This document shows positions 20,556-30,300 of a stretch of DNA of 64,000 nucleotides, one piece after another. The stretch covers positions 4,448,001 through 4,512,000 of the forward strand of contig CBDETK010000013.1 of NCBI GenBank assembly GCA_965242865.1, in the 5' to 3' direction. The position numbers and the translations under genes are program-made. Below the pieces are notes generated by a model. That model was given only the letters and a program-made list of their open reading frames with translations. It was not told the origin of the DNA and made no database searches. Source of the DNA: Candidatus Latescibacterota bacterium. GTDB lineage: Bacteria > Latescibacterota > UBA2968 > UBA8231. Every line of letters begins with the position of its first letter. The first letter of the stretch is position 1.

Positions 20556-20599
20556 ACTTCTTTTCACCATATAGAATCACTATCAAGGAGGATTTTACA

Positions 20600-21511
20600 A
20601 TGCGCAAAGTCCTAGCGTTGAACCTAGGCGTATTGCTCGTCGCCGGTGCTGCCTTCGCGCAGGAGCCGGCTGATGTGCCGCTCTATTTCGCCGTGGGGAT
20701 CCCCAGCAACGCCCTGCCCACCATCGACGGCGACAATGCCGACTGGGCTTGGGTCGATCGCAGTTTTGAGATCACCATCGAAGACATGCACCCGCTGACC
20801 GGCGGTGCCGACGACGCCGACGATCTGTTCATCGACCTGATCATCGGCTGGAGCGATGCCAACAACCGCATTCACGCCATGATTCACGTCCACGACGACT
20901 TCCTAATCGTCGATAAGAACCCGGCCTGCACGTTCCGCGACGACAACTGCGAAGTGCATTTCGATCCCGACAATCAAGGCGGCGGCCCGTACTCGGCCCC
21001 CGACGACCAAGACTTGCAGCCGGCCTATCAGATGTGCCTGAGCTTCTCCGAGCAGTTCTCGCGCGTCCAAATGTACAACGGTGCGCTGGGCAATTTTGAG
21101 CAGGACGCCCTGAACTTCTGGTGGACCCACACCGATTTCGTGGATGCCGGTCACGTCAACACCGGCCAAGAGTACTACTACGAGTTCAGTGCCGAGCTGA
21201 TGGACCCGATCTCGATGAGCGGCGGCCCGGACGCCAGCACCGTGTGGACGCTCGCGGCCGAGCAGACCATCGGCATGTCGATCTCGGTTGACGACGCCGA
21301 CGAAGGTCTCAACGCCAACGGCAACGATCCGCTCACTGAGGACTGCTGCGAGAACGGTTTCTTCTGGCAGGCCCAGTACAGCATGGCCGAGCAGTTTATG
21401 AACCTCGGCGGTATGCCCGACGTCTTCCTAGCACCGATCGAAGAAGTCGATACGTCGGTCGAGGCAAGCTCTTGGGGCCAAGTCAAGTCGCTGGTAGGCG
21501 AAGAGCTCTAA
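20600..21511 (+). CDS. Secreted acidic CBM9/DOMON-like protein with C-terminal VEASSWGQVK motif
   Basis: Signal peptide; PTIDGDNADW...DDNCEVHFDPDN...IGMSISVDDAD; strong AAGGAGGA RBS. Confidence 0.75.
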   Translation: MRKVLALNLGVLLVAGAAFAQEPADVPLYFAVGIPSNALPTIDGDNADWAWVDRSFEITIEDMHPLTGGADDADDLFIDLIIGWSDANNRIHAMIHVHDDFLIVDKNPACTFRDDNCEVHFDPDNQGGGPYSAPDDQDLQPAYQMCLSFSEQFSRVQMYNGALGNFEQDALNFWWTHTDFVDAGHVNTGQEYYYEFSAELMDPISMSGGPDASTVWTLAAEQTIGMSISVDDADEGLNANGNDPLTEDCCENGFFWQAQYSMAEQFMNLGGMPDVFLAPIEEVDTSVEASSWGQVKSLVGEEL

Positions 21512-21550
21512 ACCGACTTTCGCAGTCTTAGTCTTCGTCTTAGTACGTTC

Positions 21551-21590
21551 ACAAGGGGAGGGGGAAAGGATTCCCCTCCCCTTGTTTTGT
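21551..21590 (+). terminator. Rho-independent terminator
   Basis: ACAAGGGGAGGGG(G)AA / TTCCCCTCCCCTTGT stem followed by TTTGT. Confidence 0.85.
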
Positions 21591-21617
21591 CTATGGGGGT
21601 GAGAGGCGACACGCGTT

Positions 21618-23414
21618 ATGAAATGGCGATTTAGGCTGTTGATCTGCATTCTGTTGACCACTAGGGCGGCCGGGGCGGTTGAAGTGTGGACCGCGGGCGG
21701 CTCTGGTTTTGCCTGGGACGACGTCGGCGAGCTAACGGGACTCACTACCGACGAATTCGTCCTGCTCCCGGCCGTGGTGGACTCAACGACCAATGCCGTC
21801 GAAAACCTCACCCTCAAACGGCGGGGCGGGGCCATTTCTTCGCCGCAGTCGCGCGAGGATTTAACCGGCCTGCTCACCGACGGCAATGCCGAGACCTTCT
21901 GGCGCGTCACCCGCGAGCGCCGCCCCGACGGCACCTCCATGCTCATCGACTTGGGCGCGATCCTGCCGATCAACCGCATTCGCTTTCAGGGCAACCCGGA
22001 CATCTTCCTCCGCGCCTATGAGCTTTTTGTTCACGACGGCAACCCCGCGCAACTGCACGAGGACCGCCCAATCGCCTTCATCAACCAAGTCAGCGCCAAT
22101 CTCGAACAGAGCGAATCGGACATCGACGCCCACATCCCCCTCCAGTTTGTGCGGTTCATCCGCCTCATTAGCCGCTCGGGGCAAGAGTTCATCATCGAGG
22201 AAGCCGAAGTCTTTGGCGACGGTTTCGCGCCCACCGGCAGCTATCTCTCCCAAGTCATCGACCTCGGGGAGACGGCCAACTTAGGCCAACTTCGCTTGCA
22301 GACGCGCTCCGACCCCTTGACCAACGTGGTATTGCAGACGCGCACGGGCACGGTGCCCGACCCCAAAATTTACTACCGCAAAACCGAGATCTTTGAGGGC
22401 GAGGATCGGCAGGAAGAGGCCATCTTGCCGATCGGCTCGCCCGAGGCCGCGGACGAGTACGACGATCTGACCTCGTCCAACAAGGGCGCGATTATCGACA
22501 ACATCGACGAGTGGAGCCCTTGGTCGGCCCCTTATGAGGATTTCTTCGGCGAAGTACTCTCCCCGGGCAACCGCCGCTACGTCCAGTTCCGCCTGTTGTT
22601 TTCGTCCGAGGACGCGCGCCAGTCGGCCCTCGTCGATTCGTTCTCCTTCGACTATTCAGTGCCGACGCTGGCCGAAGTGCTGACGGCCGAAGTCACGCCG
22701 GCCACCGTTACTCTCGGCGAGAGCAACACCTTCTCCTACTACATCCACTCGACCTTCGGCCCGGCCAACAACGGGTTCGACCGCGTGGAAATCCGCACCC
22801 CTTTCAAGGCGACGGTCCACAGCGTTGAGTTGGACGGGGAACCCGTGGGCTTTACCGAAGCGGACGCGCAGGACGTCAGCCGGCTGGCGATCCAACTGAC
22901 GGACGACCGCGTGACCGAATCCGGGCAGCTTTTGCACATCCGCTTTGAGGCCATGGTGACCGTCTATGGCACCACGTTTTTCGCCAAGGTTTTCGACAGC
23001 CAAACCAGCGAACTCGGTCAAGACGTGGTAGCTGGCGACGCCACCCCCGAAGCCGAGGCCGATCGCCTGTCGATCCAAGGCGCGTTGCGCCAAGAGCTGG
23101 TCCTCGAATTGCGGGCCGACCCGCCGGTCTTCAGCCCCAACGGCGATGGGATTAACGACCAGTTACAAGTATCCTATATCTTGCTGCGCGCCCTCTCGCA
23201 GGTGCCGGCCGACCTCAGCGTACACGACCTCGCCGGTCGCCCGGTGCGACGCTTGCAGGAAAGCGGCGCGCTCAACGGGCCGCAGCACGTGACTTGGGAT
23301 GGCCTAGACGAGAGCGGTTCCATTGCGCCGCCGGGGCTTTACATCCTGCGGCTTTCCATTGATACGGATACCGGCTCTGAGGAGCGGTCGCTGCTGGTGG
23401 GGCTGGCGTACTGA
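21618..23414 (+). CDS. Secreted discoidin-like/FlgD-Ig CTD protein, type B paralog 1
   Basis: LTDGNAETFW...IDLG; SQVIDLGETANLG; WSPWSAPY; SPGNRRYVQF; FSPNGDGIND; ends VGLAY. Confidence 0.8.
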   Translation: MKWRFRLLICILLTTRAAGAVEVWTAGGSGFAWDDVGELTGLTTDEFVLLPAVVDSTTNAVENLTLKRRGGAISSPQSREDLTGLLTDGNAETFWRVTRERRPDGTSMLIDLGAILPINRIRFQGNPDIFLRAYELFVHDGNPAQLHEDRPIAFINQVSANLEQSESDIDAHIPLQFVRFIRLISRSGQEFIIEEAEVFGDGFAPTGSYLSQVIDLGETANLGQLRLQTRSDPLTNVVLQTRTGTVPDPKIYYRKTEIFEGEDRQEEAILPIGSPEAADEYDDLTSSNKGAIIDNIDEWSPWSAPYEDFFGEVLSPGNRRYVQFRLLFSSEDARQSALVDSFSFDYSVPTLAEVLTAEVTPATVTLGESNTFSYYIHSTFGPANNGFDRVEIRTPFKATVHSVELDGEPVGFTEADAQDVSRLAIQLTDDRVTESGQLLHIRFEAMVTVYGTTFFAKVFDSQTSELGQDVVAGDATPEAEADRLSIQGALRQELVLELRADPPVFSPNGDGINDQLQVSYILLRALSQVPADLSVHDLAGRPVRRLQESGALNGPQHVTWDGLDESGSIAPPGLYILRLSIDTDTGSEERSLLVGLAY

Positions 23415-23460
23415 GCGTGCGGCCGGCATGTCATTTAGAATGAGCTAAGGGAGCACGGCG

Positions 23461-25830
23461 ATGAAAAGTACGGGCGCATTGTGCTTGGTTATGGCGTTGG
23501 GCAGCGTTGCCTTTGGCCAGCGCGTTTCGTTTGACACGCGCGCCGCGTGGCAGGAATGGGCGCGGCCGGTCGGCGCGGTCGACCTGCAAGCGACCGGCCG
23601 CGTCCAGCCGGTGCCGGTGCGCAAAAACATCGACGCCGTGCGCAATGCCACGCACTTTGGCGGCGGCATCCGCCGGGTCGGCAGCAACCCCGGGGCCGCC
23701 AGCCGCATCATGGATGGCGACCCGACGACGAGCTGGGCACCCGACCCCGCCGATGGCTTGGAAAACGCGTACATCGAACTTGACTTGGGTCGCTTGGTGA
23801 CCGCCTCCGAGATCGTCCTTGCGTTCGACGAGGCCGCGCCGCCCTTTGAGTTTTTCAACGTGCTGCTGTCGAGCGGCGAGAAGTTCTTTACCAATGCCCT
23901 GGTGCCGGTGGAAGGGACCCTCGAATACGGCCTCTCCAAGAGCATAGGCTTCAACGACCGCCACCACCTCGCGCTCGACCCCGCCAGCGCAACCCTGGGC
24001 TTGAGCGCGGCCGGCTCGGACGACATTGGCGGCGGCTATGTCGAGGGCACCGTCCGCACGTTCAAGGAGTCTTCGGGCTTGGTCCGCATCATTCGCCTTG
24101 AGTTGGCCAAGTTCGTGGAGGGGGCCGGCCTCGCCGAAATCTCGGTTTCCACCCTCGGCGACAACATCGCCCTCGGCCTCATCGAGCGCGGCGGCAACAT
24201 CGAGTTGATCACCGACTTGCAGGCCGTGCTGTCCGGCGGCGAAAACATGGTCGACGGCGATATTGTCACCCACTGGGGCATGCAGACCTACCACCAGACC
24301 CAAACCGGCTTCGACATCTTCAATCGCATCATCTTCGACTTAGGGGCCCATTACTGGATCGACCAAATCCGCATCATCGGCGAGCCGGCCGGGGCCCCGT
24401 CGCGCATTCGCAGCCGCTACGCCAATTTCTTCTGGTATCAGTTGCTCGCGTCCGACGGGTCCCTCGCCCCGGACGGCACCCTGAATTTTCACGAGATCGC
24501 CTTTGTCGATGACAGCCCCCTCAACGAGACGACCATCCGCAACTTCGACCACCAATTCGGCGTGCAGAAAATCCGCTACATCAAGCACTATTTCCCGTCC
24601 TCGCGGCACGGCGGCGAGCGCACCGGTACGCACGGCACGTATCGCCTGTTCGCCCTGATCAGCGAGTTCCAGATTTACGGCGCGGGCTTTCCGGCTGAGT
24701 TGCGGCTGACCTCGCCGATTCTGGACCTCGGCGCGGCCAAGGCCCTGACGTCGGTTGAGTGGGACGCGGACATCCCGCCCGGCACGCGCCTCGAGTTGCG
24801 CAGCCGCACCGGTGGGGAGGTCGTCGAGAATGTTCACTACTTCGACAAAAAGGGCAAAGAGATCACTGAGCGGCGGTGGAACAAGACGCCCAAGACCTTG
24901 CGCGGGCCGACCAAAACCACCATTTCCGTCGGCTCGGACTGGAGCGTCTGGAGCGATCCGTACGTGACCTCTGGGGCGCTGTTTAGCTCGCCCTCGCCGC
25001 GCCGCTACGTCCGGCTCGACCTGCGCTTGATTTCCGACGATCCCCAAGCGGCCCCGGCGATCAACGCCCTGCACCTGAACGTGGAAAACCCCATGGCCCT
25101 CCAAACCCGCGCCGAAGTCTTTCCGAGTCGAGTCGAGCCGGGCGTCAAAAGGGATTTTACGTATTTTGTCCTGCCCACGTTTGGCGGGCGCTCGCAGGGG
25201 TTTGATCGCCTGACCATGGCCGCGTCCGTGCCCGTTGACTTTACGAGTCTAAAGGTAGGCGACGAGCCGGTCGAGGTCGCCCTCACCCTAGTCGCCGACG
25301 GGTTTGTCGTCGATTTGCCGACCACCGTCCGCCGCTCCGAGCTCATCGAGCTCGCGTTCAGCAGCACCATTTACCAAAATCAGACGCGCTTCGATCTCTT
25401 TCTCGGCAACACCAACCTCGGCAACGACGTGCGCCAACTCGTCGACCAAGGCGACGCCAAAGCCGATGTGCCGAGCGAATCCGTTTCGGTGCAACTGCCG
25501 GTCAACGACCTCCTGCTGGCCAACGTCGCCCTTTCGACGCCCGTGCTGACGCCCAATGGCGACGGGGTCAGCGACGAACTGGCCATTGAGTTCGACGCGC
25601 TCAAGTTGGTGACGCCGCGGCCCGTGCGGGTCTATATCTACGACCTGGCCGGCCGCATGGTGCGCGTCCTCGACCGCGGCGCGGGGCTCGCTCGGCACTA
25701 CCGCTTCACTTGGAACGGCCGCGACCACGCCGGTGCGCTCGTGCGGCCGGGGACCTATCTAGCGCAAATCGAAATCGCCGGCGATTCCCAGACCGAGACG
25801 GTGCAGCGGATCGTGCCGGTGGCCTACTGA
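23461..25830 (+). CDS. Secreted discoidin-like/FlgD-Ig CTD protein, type A paralog 2
   Basis: Colinear with 18031-20379 (GDNIALGLIERGG, SDGSLAPDGT, SPSPRRY); ends VPVAY. Confidence 0.8.
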   Translation: MKSTGALCLVMALGSVAFGQRVSFDTRAAWQEWARPVGAVDLQATGRVQPVPVRKNIDAVRNATHFGGGIRRVGSNPGAASRIMDGDPTTSWAPDPADGLENAYIELDLGRLVTASEIVLAFDEAAPPFEFFNVLLSSGEKFFTNALVPVEGTLEYGLSKSIGFNDRHHLALDPASATLGLSAAGSDDIGGGYVEGTVRTFKESSGLVRIIRLELAKFVEGAGLAEISVSTLGDNIALGLIERGGNIELITDLQAVLSGGENMVDGDIVTHWGMQTYHQTQTGFDIFNRIIFDLGAHYWIDQIRIIGEPAGAPSRIRSRYANFFWYQLLASDGSLAPDGTLNFHEIAFVDDSPLNETTIRNFDHQFGVQKIRYIKHYFPSSRHGGERTGTHGTYRLFALISEFQIYGAGFPAELRLTSPILDLGAAKALTSVEWDADIPPGTRLELRSRTGGEVVENVHYFDKKGKEITERRWNKTPKTLRGPTKTTISVGSDWSVWSDPYVTSGALFSSPSPRRYVRLDLRLISDDPQAAPAINALHLNVENPMALQTRAEVFPSRVEPGVKRDFTYFVLPTFGGRSQGFDRLTMAASVPVDFTSLKVGDEPVEVALTLVADGFVVDLPTTVRRSELIELAFSSTIYQNQTRFDLFLGNTNLGNDVRQLVDQGDAKADVPSESVSVQLPVNDLLLANVALSTPVLTPNGDGVSDELAIEFDALKLVTPRPVRVYIYDLAGRMVRVLDRGAGLARHYRFTWNGRDHAGALVRPGTYLAQIEIAGDSQTETVQRIVPVAY

Positions 25831-25878
25831 GGAGCCCTGCTTTTGCCACCTTACAGCGTACAGCAAAGAGGAACCGCG

Positions 25879-27648
25879 ATGACCCGCGTCGCACTCGCAT
25901 TAGCCTGCCTAGCCCTGCCGGCCGCGGCCGCGGAACGGCTCAAAATCGGCGGCGATGGGCTGGAGTGGGAGGGCAACTCGCTCGTGTTCAACGCCCTCGA
26001 AGTCACGGACGAAAGGGGGCTCTCGCCGTTGGAAGCCGACCCGGAGGAAAACATCCTGCCGCGCATCAAGGAGCTCGGGGGCAGCGCGACCACCTCGGTG
26101 CGCACGGCCGCGGCGCGCTCCAACCAGATCCTCAACGAACTCATCGATGGCTCCCACACCACGGGCTGGCGCGTGTACACCGACCCCAACGGGGCCGAGC
26201 TCGAAGTCGATATGGGGGCGATCTTCGTCTTGCACCGCATCCGCCTGTTGCGCGGCGTCCTCAACGACGACGAGCGCTCCCTGCGCGGCTACGAATTCTA
26301 CGTCAACGACGGCGACTCGCTCAACTTTGTCGGCGGCAATCCCGTGTATGGGCTCATAGCCCAAGACCGCTCGCACGGCCTGCCCGAACTCGACTTGAGT
26401 TTTCCGCCGACGCAGGTGCGCTTTTTTCGGCTGCGCAGCACGGGCGAACGCGGCTTCCAGATGGGCGACCTCGAGGTTTTTGGCGTGGGCGTCACGCCCT
26501 TTGCCCAGTACATCTCCCAAGTGATCGACCTAGGCGAGGCGGCCAACTTGGGGCCCATAGACGTGTACAGCCGCATCAGCGGGGCCGCCCAAGCCCAGTT
26601 CAGCACCAAGACCGGCTTTGTGGTCACGGACTCGCTCTACTTCCGCCAGACGGGCATTCCCGGGGAATTGGAGGAAGTGACCTTGGCGAATTTCGATCGC
26701 ACGCTCGACCCTTCGTATGCCGGCGTGGTGCGCGAAAACAACCGCGACTGGAGTGCGTGGTCCCCGCCCTACGCCGAGCTGATCCGTGCGCCAGTCCATT
26801 CGCCGGACAACCGGCGCTACCTCCAGTTCCAATTCAAGCTCCTGTCGAACAGCTTGCTCGACAAAGCCGTCATCGACTCCGTGGTCTTCAACTATACGGT
26901 GCCGTCGCTGGCCGATTCGGTCATCGCCGAAATCAGCCCGACGACCGCGATCTTGGGGCAGGAAAACGAGTTTACCTATCACCTGCGCTCGGTCGTCTCC
27001 AGCGGCCATCGCGGCTTTGACACCGCGATCATCCACACGCCGTTTGCGGCCCGCGCCACGGGCGTCCGCGTCGATGGCGTCGAGATCGACAACTTCACTT
27101 GGGAGTTTGCTGCCGGCCGCCTACAGGTGCGCTTCCCGGACGCCCGCATTACCCGCAGCGGCCAAGCGGTCGCCGTGCGCTTCGTCAGCTTGGTAACCGT
27201 CTCGGGCACGGAGTTTCGCGGCGAGGTCGCCGACAGCCAGTCCGACGCGTTTCCCCAGCGCGTCGCGTTTGGCGATGCGGTCGAGGAAGCGGCCGACAAC
27301 ACCCTCGTGGTCAGCGCCCGCATCGACGACGATCTCTTCACTGGCGTCGCGTTTTCGTCCGCCGTAATCACGCCCAATGGCGACGGCATCAACGACCGGA
27401 TCACCCTCGACTACATCCTGCTCAAGGCGACCCACGCGGTTGAAGTCGAGGTCGTGGTGTACGACTTGAGCGGTCGGCCGGTGCATCGGCTCTACAAAGC
27501 CCGCGATCGCTCCGGCCCCAACCAAGTGAGCTGGGATGGCCGCGACGCGGCCGGGACCGTGCCGCCGGGTATGTACTTGCTTCGCCTAGAGGCCACCACC
27601 GACGCCGGCATTGCCACGCAAATGCGGAGCATTGCCGTAGTATATTGA
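25879..27648 (+). CDS. Secreted discoidin-like/FlgD-Ig CTD protein, type B paralog 2
   Basis: Colinear with 21618-23414 (SQVIDLGEAANLG, WSAWSPPY, SPDNRRYLQF); ATG at 25879 with GAGG; ends IAVVY. Confidence 0.8.
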   Translation: MTRVALALACLALPAAAAERLKIGGDGLEWEGNSLVFNALEVTDERGLSPLEADPEENILPRIKELGGSATTSVRTAAARSNQILNELIDGSHTTGWRVYTDPNGAELEVDMGAIFVLHRIRLLRGVLNDDERSLRGYEFYVNDGDSLNFVGGNPVYGLIAQDRSHGLPELDLSFPPTQVRFFRLRSTGERGFQMGDLEVFGVGVTPFAQYISQVIDLGEAANLGPIDVYSRISGAAQAQFSTKTGFVVTDSLYFRQTGIPGELEEVTLANFDRTLDPSYAGVVRENNRDWSAWSPPYAELIRAPVHSPDNRRYLQFQFKLLSNSLLDKAVIDSVVFNYTVPSLADSVIAEISPTTAILGQENEFTYHLRSVVSSGHRGFDTAIIHTPFAARATGVRVDGVEIDNFTWEFAAGRLQVRFPDARITRSGQAVAVRFVSLVTVSGTEFRGEVADSQSDAFPQRVAFGDAVEEAADNTLVVSARIDDDLFTGVAFSSAVITPNGDGINDRITLDYILLKATHAVEVEVVVYDLSGRPVHRLYKARDRSGPNQVSWDGRDAAGTVPPGMYLLRLEATTDAGIATQMRSIAVVY

Positions 27649-27687
27649 ATTGTTGAATTGACGTACACGCTCTAAGGGAGGGCTGTT

Positions 27688-30300
27688 ATGCACAAAGTTA
27701 CGTTCTGGGGGGTCCTGTCTCTGCTGGTCTTAGCCGTTGCGGCGTCCAGCGCGGCGACCCCGGGGCGCGAGCGCGGCGCCACTTCGCAAGTTCGGATCGA
27801 GGGCTTTGACCCCCTGATCCCGACCCTGCGCAAATGGTACGTGCCCCAAGATCTCTACTACATCTATCACTGGGGAGGCTACAAGTACACCAACTACGCC
27901 AAGGAACCCTATCAGCGCTACGTCTCCACGCAGCTAGAGGGCACGGGCCAGTACGACATCTTCGGCAACTGGGTCACCCGCGGCTGGCGCGTCTATGAGT
28001 GGCGTCAGCAGCAGCCGCTGGCCTTTGGCAGCACGGTCTTCAAAGACGGCCGCTTTAGCTCTTGGTTCCAAAACCTAATCGTCGCCGCCGATTCCAAGGG
28101 CCAGTACTATTCCTCCCTGACCATCGGCGACCGCATCCGCACGACCCTAACCCCGCTGACCTTCAGCCGGGCGCGCTTCAACGGCGTCCAGTGGGACTTT
28201 GCGTCCGACAAGTACGAGGCCACTGTGCTGCTGTCGCGCGTCAATCAGCCCGTGCAGGCCGTTCAAGGATCCAACCGAGTGCAAGATACGGACTTTACCA
28301 ACTTCATTGGCCTGCGCGGCACCGCCCAAGTCGGCGACTTCATGGGCTTAGGGCTGACGTACGTCAACACGAACTTCGGCTCGGCGAGCAGCAATTTCTC
28401 GGAAAACTCGCGCACCGGCTTGCTGACCAGCAGCCAAAATTCGGGCAATGTCACCGAAATCGTCGTCCGCATCTCCGACGACTCGCCCGGCGACAATTCG
28501 GGCGCGCTGTTCTTTTCGGCGCAGCTGATCGTCGATGGCCAAGAGACCGCGGTCAATCCCACCATTGAGGGCGGTCGCCAGCGCGAAGGCTTTCTCGAAG
28601 CCCTCGAAGAGGCGCCGATCCTCCTCCGCTACCGAGTGCCCGATCCGCTGGTGGCGCAAAAGGTCAGCTTTGCCATGGTGCTTTCCAACGACTACCGAGT
28701 GGAAATCACCTCCAACTTGCAAACCAACATCAACGGCCAGCCCATTTTCTTGTTGGTCACGCGCGCCGAAGGCAATGTGCGCGACAACACCAACCAGCGC
28801 GTCGTCCGCTTTGACTATGGCCTGCCCTCGGCCAACCAAATTGCCAGCGTGGACTTGGTCATCGAGGATATCTGGGGCTTGGAGGTGCGCGGCGAATTTG
28901 CGCGCAACACCCAGTTTCAGCGCTATCCCAACATCAACATCCAGAAACTGAGCAACCTCAAAAAGAGCGACCGCACGGCCGATGCTTGGTTCGTCAATGC
29001 CACGCGCCGCGCCGGCCGCTACTTTGGCTACGGCGAGGTGTTCAGCATGGACTACGACTACACCACGCGCGGGTACATCACCGACCAAAACGACGTCGTG
29101 GATTACGAAAACCAGCGGCAGAATTGGTTCGAGTACATCGACGACAACGACGATCAAGACCAACTCGTCGATTGGCCGCGCTTTGGCGGCGGCGGCGGCG
29201 ACAACGCCGTCTTCCCCGGCCTCGACGAAAACAACGACCTGCTCTCGGACTTCAACGAAAACTCCAACCTCACCCCAGACTACGAAGAGCCGTTCTTGCG
29301 CCACTACATCGATCCGCCCGACTTCCTCTTTGGCGTCGATATGAACCACAACACCGTGGTCGATCGCTTTGAAAACGACGACGAGGCCGACTATCCCTAC
29401 CGCAAGGGGCATCGCGGCTGGAACGTGTACGGCGGGGCCGAGGTGTATCCGGGCGTCAGTATCACCGTGGGCCGCAATCGCGAATGGCTGATCGCCGGCC
29501 AAGAGCGGTCCACCGCGGTGTACGGGTTGCTCAGCGCCGTGCGCGACGTGGCAAGGACGGGCAAGTTCGAGGTGTTCTACATGCTCAAGTTCGTGGAGGA
29601 CGACATTGCCGACAACCTGCTGCAATGGGTACAGCGCCCCGGCTCCATTGGCGGCTTGCAACCTTTTGACGACCCCCTAATCACCGCCAACACCATCGTC
29701 AATCAGGGCTTTGTCGGCTACAAGTACACCCGCGGCAATTTGACCTTTGTCAACAAGTTTCGCCTCGATCACTTCAAGCAGCGCGACGACGCGGCCACCC
29801 ACCTGCGCGACAGCGCGTTCTTGGGCGTGATCAACAAGGCCGACTACCCCTTTTCCATCGGGCGCAACGTCACCTTGATTCCGCGCTGGAAAAACATGTG
29901 GCGCAAGCGCACCCAGCCGCGCACCGTGCAGCTCGAAATCAACGAATTGAGCGAAATTTTCTCCCTGTCGGCCGTATTTCCCGTGCTGACCCGAAGCCGC
30001 CTTGAGGTCGGGGTGGAAGCCATTATTTTTCGCAATGCCGAGGCGATTCCCGACCCGCTGCCGCCCGAATACATCGACGACTTCATCGGCCGGGTGTTCA
30101 CCGTGCAATACACCAATCGGGTGCAGTATCTAGGGTACAGCGTCACCTCCAACGTTGGCTTTCAGCTCAACGACATCAACTTCGCCAATCTCGCCGACCA
30201 AGACGTGAGCAATACCATTGCCTTCATCGAGGTTTACGTCGGGCAAGAAGAGGAGCGTTTGGGCGGTCGGCCCGCCGAAAGAAGGGGATGGAGCTTCTAA
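27688..30300 (+). CDS. Putative outer-membrane beta-barrel protein with acidic Ca-binding-like insert
   Basis: Signal peptide, amphipathic strands, D/N-rich repeats (DDNDDQD, DENNDLLSD, DMNHNTVVD), terminal Phe. Confidence 0.65.
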   Translation: MHKVTFWGVLSLLVLAVAASSAATPGRERGATSQVRIEGFDPLIPTLRKWYVPQDLYYIYHWGGYKYTNYAKEPYQRYVSTQLEGTGQYDIFGNWVTRGWRVYEWRQQQPLAFGSTVFKDGRFSSWFQNLIVAADSKGQYYSSLTIGDRIRTTLTPLTFSRARFNGVQWDFASDKYEATVLLSRVNQPVQAVQGSNRVQDTDFTNFIGLRGTAQVGDFMGLGLTYVNTNFGSASSNFSENSRTGLLTSSQNSGNVTEIVVRISDDSPGDNSGALFFSAQLIVDGQETAVNPTIEGGRQREGFLEALEEAPILLRYRVPDPLVAQKVSFAMVLSNDYRVEITSNLQTNINGQPIFLLVTRAEGNVRDNTNQRVVRFDYGLPSANQIASVDLVIEDIWGLEVRGEFARNTQFQRYPNINIQKLSNLKKSDRTADAWFVNATRRAGRYFGYGEVFSMDYDYTTRGYITDQNDVVDYENQRQNWFEYIDDNDDQDQLVDWPRFGGGGGDNAVFPGLDENNDLLSDFNENSNLTPDYEEPFLRHYIDPPDFLFGVDMNHNTVVDRFENDDEADYPYRKGHRGWNVYGGAEVYPGVSITVGRNREWLIAGQERSTAVYGLLSAVRDVARTGKFEVFYMLKFVEDDIADNLLQWVQRPGSIGGLQPFDDPLITANTIVNQGFVGYKYTRGNLTFVNKFRLDHFKQRDDAATHLRDSAFLGVINKADYPFSIGRNVTLIPRWKNMWRKRTQPRTVQLEINELSEIFSLSAVFPVLTRSRLEVGVEAIIFRNAEAIPDPLPPEYIDDFIGRVFTVQYTNRVQYLGYSVTSNVGFQLNDINFANLADQDVSNTIAFIEVYVGQEEERLGGRPAERRGWSF

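Noticed and set aside
18031-27648. Canonical T9SS or gliding-motility locus
   Set aside because: CTD-like domains are present, but no GldKLMN, SprA or PorV-like genes are recognisable in the window.
25710-29661. Long alternative-frame and antisense ORFs (e.g. 25710-27020, 28348-29661)
   Set aside because: Shadow ORFs of high-GC genes, with biased composition and no motifs.
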